Assembly: GCA_032718475.1 (NCBI GenBank)
Contig: JAUCBJ010008575.1
Location: 1 to 64,000 of the forward strand
Source: Nemertoderma westbladi
Lineage: Eukaryota; Animalia; Xenacoelomorpha
DNA: 64,000 bases
Direction: 5' to 3'
Shown piece after piece: positions 57,801 through 64,000 of the stretch. The notes under the pieces were generated by a model. The model ran no database searches, was not told the DNA's origin, and saw only the letters and a program-made list of their open reading frames with translations. The stretch's first letter is position 1, and every line of letters begins with the position of its first letter. A program made the position numbers and the translations under genes.

Positions 57801-60800
57801 AATGCTTTGTATAACAAAACCTACTGACACATGGTTTAGAGAGTGACACAAATGCTTTGTATAACAAAACCTACTGACACATGGTTTAGAGAGTGGTGAC
57901 ACCAATGCTTTGAATAACAAAACCTACTGACACATGGTGTAGAGAGTGACACAAATGCTTTGTATAACAAAACCTACTGACACATGGTTTAGAGAGTGAC
58001 ACAAATGCTTTGTATAACAAAACCTACTGACACATGGTTTAGAGAGTGGTGACACCAATGCTTTGTATAACAAAACCTTCTGACACATGGTTTAGAAAGT
58101 GACACAAATGCTTTGTATAACAAAACCTACTGACACATGGTTTAGAGAGTGACACAAATGCTTTGTATAACAAAACCTACTGACACATGGTTTAGAGAGT
58201 GATGACACCAATGCTTTGTATAACAAAACCTACTGACACATGGTTTAGAGAGTGACACAAATGCTTTGTATAACAAAACCTACTCACACATGGTTTAGAG
58301 AGTGGTGACACCAATGCTTTGTATAACAAAACCTACTGACACATGGTTTAGAGAGTGACACAAATGCTTTGTATAACAAAACCCACTGACACATGGTTTA
58401 GAGAGTGGTGACACCAATGCTTTGTATAACAAAACCTACTGACACATGGTGTAGAGAGTGACACAAATGCTTTGTATAACAAAACCTACTGACACATGGT
58501 TTAGAGAGTGACACAAATGCTTTGTATAACAAAACCTACTGACACATGGTTTAGAGAGTGGTGACACCAATGCTTTGTATAACAAAACCTTCTGACACAT
58601 GGTTTAGAGAGTGACACAAATGCTTTGTATAACAAAACCTACTGACACATGGTTTAGAGAGTGACACAAATGCTTTGTATAACAAAACCTACTGACACGT
58701 GGTTTAGAGAGTGATGACACCAATGCTTTGTATAACAAAACCTACTGACACATGGTTTAGAGAGTGACACAAATGCTTTGTATAACAAAACCTACTGACA
58801 CATGGCTTAGAGAGTGACACAAATGCTTTGTATAACAAAACCTACAGACACATGGTTTAGAGAGTGACACCAATGCTTTGTATAACAAAACCTACTGACA
58901 CATGGTTTAGAGAGTGGTGACACCAATGCTTTGTATAACAAAACCTTCTGACACATGGTTTAGAAAGTGACACAAATGCTTTGTATAACAAAACCTACTG
59001 ACACATGGTTTAGAGAGTGACACAAATGCTTTGTATAACAAAACCTACTGACACATGGTTTAGAGAGTGATGACACCAATGCTTTGTATAACAAAACCTA
59101 CTGACACATGGTTTAGAGAGTGACACAAATGCTTTGTATAACAAAACCTACTCACACATGGTTTAGAGAGTGGTGACACCAATGCTTTGTATAACAAAAC
59201 CTACTGACACATGGTTTAGAGAGTGACACAAATGCTTTGTATAACAAAACCCACTGACACATGGTTTAGAGAGTGGTGACACCAATGCTTTGTATAACAA
59301 AACCTACTGACACATGGTGTAGAGAGTGACACAAATGCTTTGTATAACAAAACCTACTGACACATGGTTTAGAGAGTGACACAAATGCTTTGTATAACAA
59401 AACCTACTGACACATGGTTTAGAGAGTGGTGACACCAATGCTTTGTATAACAAAACCTTCTGACACATGGTTTAGAGAGTGACACAAATGCTTTGTATAA
59501 CAAAACCTACTGACACATGGTTTAGAGAGTGACACAAATGCTTTGTATAACAAAACCTACTGACACGTGGTTTAGAGAGTGATGACACCAATGCTTTGTA
59601 TAACAAAACCTACTGACACATGGTTTAGAGAGTGACACAAATGCTTTGTATAACAAAACCTACTGACACATGGCTTAGAGAGTGACACAAATGCTTTGTA
59701 TAACAAAACCTACAGACACATGGTTTAGAGAGTGACACCAATGCTTTGTATAACAAAACCTACTGACACATGGTTTAGAGAGTGGTGACACCAATGCTTT
59801 GTATAACAAAACCTACTGACACATGGTTTAGAGAGTGACACAAATGCTTTGTATAACAAAACCTACTGACACATGGTTTAGAGAGTGACACCAATGCTTT
59901 GTATAACAAAACCTACTGACACATGGTTTAGAGAGTGACACAAATGCTTTGTATAACAAAACCTACTGACACATGGTTTAGAGAGTGATGACACCAATGC
60001 TTTGTATAACAAAACCTACTGACACATGGTTTAGAGAGTGACACAAATGCTTTTTATAACAAAACCTACTGACACATGGTTTAGAGAGTGACACAAATGC
60101 TTTGTATAACAAAACCTACTGACACATGGTTTAGAGAGTGGTGACACCAATGCTTTGTATAACAAAACCTACTGACACATGGTTTAGAGAGTGATGACAC
60201 CAATGCTTTGTATAACAAAACCTACTGACACATGGTTTAGAGAGTGACACCAATGCTTTGTATAACAAAACCTACTGACACATGGTTTAGAGAGTGACAC
60301 CAATGCTTTGTATAACAAAACCTACTGACACATGGTTTAGAGAGTGGTGACACCAATGCTTTGTATCACAAAACCTACTGACACATGGTTTAGAGAGTGA
60401 CACCAATGCTTTGTATAACAAAACCTACTGACACATGGTTTAGAGAGTGGTGACACCAATGCTTTGTATAACAAAACCTACTGACACATGGTTTAGAGAG
60501 TGACACAAATGCTTTGTATAACAAAACCTACTGACACATGGTTTAGAGAGTGATGACACCAATGCTTTGTATAACAAAACCTACTGACACATGGTTTAGA
60601 GAGTGACACCAATGCTTTGTATAACAAAACCTACTGACACATGGTTTAGAGAGTGGTGACACCAATGCTTTGTATAACAAAACCTACTGACACATGGTTT
60701 AGAGAGTGACACAAATGCTTTGTATAACAAAACCTACTGACACATGGTTTAGAGAGTGATGACACCAATGCTTTGTATAACAAAACCTACTGACACATGG

Positions 60801-63800
60801 TTTAGAGAGTGACACCAATGCTTTGTATAACAAAACCTATTGACACATGGTTTAGAGAGTGACACAAATGCTTTGTATAACAAAACCTACTGACACATGG
60901 TTTAGAGAGTGATGACACCAATGCTTTGTATAACAAAACCTACTGACACATGGTTTAGAGAGTGACACAAATGCTTTTTATAACAAAACCTACTGACACA
61001 TGGTTTAGAGAGTGACACAAATGCTTTGTATAACAAAACCTACTGACACATGGTTTAGAGAGTGGTGACACCAATGCTTTGTATAACAAAACCTACTGAC
61101 ACATGGTTTAGAGAGTGGTGACACCAATGCGTTGTATAACAAAACCTACTGACACATGGTTTAGAGAGTGACACAAATGCTTTGTATAACAAAACCTACA
61201 GACACATGGTTTAGAGAGTGATGACATGGTTTAGAGAGTGGTGACACCAATGCTTTGTATAACAAAACCTACTGACACATGGTTTAGAGAGTGACACAAA
61301 TGCTTTGTATAACAAAACCTACTGACACATGGTTTAGAGAGTGGTGACACCAATGCTTTGTATAACAAAACCTACTGACACATGGTTTAGAGAGTGGTGA
61401 CACCAATGCGTTGTATAACAAAACCTACTGACACATGGTTTAGAGAGTGACACAAATGCTTTGTATAACAAAACCTACAGACACATGGTTTAGAAAGTGA
61501 TGACATGGTTTAGAGAGTGGTGACACCAATGCTTTGTATAACAAAACCTACTGACACATGGTTTAGAGAGTGACACAAATGCTTTGTATAACAAAACCTA
61601 CTGACACATGGTTTAGAGAGTGATGACACCAATGCTTTGTATAACAAAACCTACTGACACATGGTTTAGATAGTGACACCAATTCTTTGTATAACAAAAC
61701 CTACTGACACATGGTTTAGATAGTGACACCAATTCTTTGTATAACAAAACCTACTGACACATGGTTTAGAGAGTGGTGACACCAATGCTTTGTATAACAA
61801 AACCTACTGACACATGGTTTAGAGAGTGGTGACACCAATGCGTTGTATAACAAAACCTACTGACACATGGTTTAGAGAGTGGTGACACCAATGCTTTGTA
61901 TAACAAAACCTACTGACACATGGTTTAGAGAGTGGTGACACCAATGCGTTGTATAACAAAACCTACTGACACATGGTTTAGAGAGTGACACAAATGCTTT
62001 GTATAACAAAACCTACTGACACATGGTTTAGAGAGTGATGACACCAATGCTTTGTATAACAAAACCTACTGACACATGGTTTAGATAGTGACACCAATTC
62101 TTTGTATAACAAAACCTACTGACACATGGTTTAGATAGTGACACCAATTCTTTGTATAACAAAACCTACTGACACATGGTTTAGAGAGTGGTGACACCAA
62201 TGCTTTGTATAACAAAACCTACTGACACATGGTTTAGAGAGTGGTGACACCAATGCGTTGTATAACAAAACCTACTGACACATGGTTTAGAGAGTGACAC
62301 AAATGCTTTGTATAACAAAACCTACTGACACATGGTTTAGAGAGTGATGACACCAATGCTTTGTATAACAAAACCTACTGACACATGGTTTAGATAGTGA
62401 CACCAATTCTTTGTATAACAAAACCTACTGACACATGGTTTAGATAGTGACACCAATTCTTTGTATAACAAAACCTACTGACACATGGTTTAGAGAGTGG
62501 TGACACCAATGCTTTGTATAACAAAACCTACTGACACATGGTTTAGAGAGTGGTGACACCAATGCGTTGTATAACAAAACCTACTGACACATGGTTTAGA
62601 GAGTGGTGACACCAATGCTTTGTATAACAAAACCTACTGACACATGGTTTAGAGAGTGGTGACACCAATGCGTTGTATAACAAAACCTACTGACACATGG
62701 TTTAGAGAGTGACACAAATGCTTTGTATAACAAAACCTACAGACACATGGTTTAGAAAGTGATGACATGGTTTAGAGAGTGGTGACACCAATGCTTTGTA
62801 TAACAAAACCTACTGACACATGGTTTAGAGAGTGACACAAATGCTTTGTATAACAAAACCTACTGACACATGGTTTAGAGAGTGATGACACCAATGCTTT
62901 GTATAACAAAACCTACTGACACATGGTTTAGATAGTGACACCAATTCTTTGTATAACAAAACCTACTGACACATGGTTTAGATAGTGACACCAATTCTTT
63001 GTATAACAAAACCTACTGACACATGGTTTAGAGAGTGGTGACACCAATGCTTTGTATAACAAAACCTACTGACACATGGTTTAGAGAGTGGTGACACCAA
63101 TGCGTTGTATAACAAAACCTACTGACACATGGTTTAGAGAGTGACACAAATGCTTTGTATAACAAAACCTACAGACACATGGTTTAGAGAGTGATGACAT
63201 GGTTTAGAGAGTGGTGACACCAATGCTTTGTATAACAAAACCTACTGACACATGGTTTAGAGAGTGACACAAATGCTTTGTATAACAAAACCTACTGACA
63301 CATGGTTTAGAGAGTGGTGACACCAATGCTTTGTATAACAAAACCTACTGACACATGGTTTAGAGAGTGGTGACACCAATGCGTTGTATAACAAAACCTA
63401 CTGACACATGGTTTAGAGAGTGACACAAATGCTTTGTATAACAAAACCTACAGACACATGGTTTAGAAAGTGATGACATGGTTTAGAGAGTGGTGACACC
63501 AATGCTTTGTATAACAAAACCTACTGACACATGGTTTAGAGAGTGACACAAATGCTTTGTATAACAAAACCTACTGACACATGGTTTAGAGAGTGATGAC
63601 ACCAATGCTTTGTATAACAAAACCTACTGACACATGGTTTAGATAGTGACACCAATTCTTTGTATAACAAAACCTACTGACACATGGTTTAGAGAGTGAT
63701 GACACCAATGCTTTGTATAACAAAACCTACTGACACATGGTTTAGAGAGTGATGACACCAATGCTTTGTATAACAAAACCTACTGACACATGGTTTAGAG

Positions 63801-64000
63801 AGTGACACAAATGCTTTGTATAACAAAACCTACTGACACATGGTTTAGAGAGTGGTGACACCAATGCTTTGTATAACAAAACCTACTGACACATGGTGTA
63901 GAGAGTGACACAAATGCTTTGTATAACAAAACCTACTGACACATGGTTTAGAGAGTGACACAAATGCTTTGTATAACAAAACCTACTGACACATGGTTTA

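Larger units (their letters stand above)
1845..64000. repeat. Tandem satellite array of 50/53-bp monomers, about 1,200 copies, single orientation, running off the window end
   Basis: Consensus GAGAGTGACACAAATGCTTTGTATAACAAAACCTACTGACACATGGTTTA (50 bp). Frequent 53-bp forms: GAGAGTGATGACACCAAT, GAGAGTGGTGACACCAAT and GAGAGAGGTCACACAAAT. No unique insertions or inversions seen. Copy number estimated as length divided by ~51. Confidence 0.99.

Noticed and set aside
1845-64000. CRISPR array or variable-cassette system
   Set aside because: There are no unique spacers; variation is limited to a few recurrent SNPs and indels. No cas or recombinase genes are present, and the context is eukaryotic.

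Overview
Eukaryotic (probably invertebrate animal) genomic DNA. Only the first ~1.84 kb is non-repetitive. It holds the 3' end of a fibrinogen-related-domain (FReD/FBG) coding sequence (1-222, +, missed by the ORF track), an AT-rich downstream region, a possible MITE-like remnant with two perfect heat-shock-element patterns and a kB palindrome, and a decayed RTE-clade LINE whose RT core is replaced by unrelated sequence. The LINE is cut off at 1844/1845 by a single-orientation tandem satellite that fills the remaining ~62 kb (roughly 1,200 monomers). The 50-bp consensus is GAGAGTGACACAAATGCTTTGTATAACAAAACCTACTGACACATGGTTTA, with 53-bp variants. Diagnostic variants reveal variant domains, several long duplications with offsets of about 2.2-2.7 kb, a graded series of divergent monomers, deletion monomers of 20, 34 and 43 bp, and two zones that look like assembly-consensus blurring. 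All ORFs inside the array are repeat artefacts. I see no CRISPR, RNA gene or prokaryotic system. All alignments were done by eye, so block boundaries are approximate.
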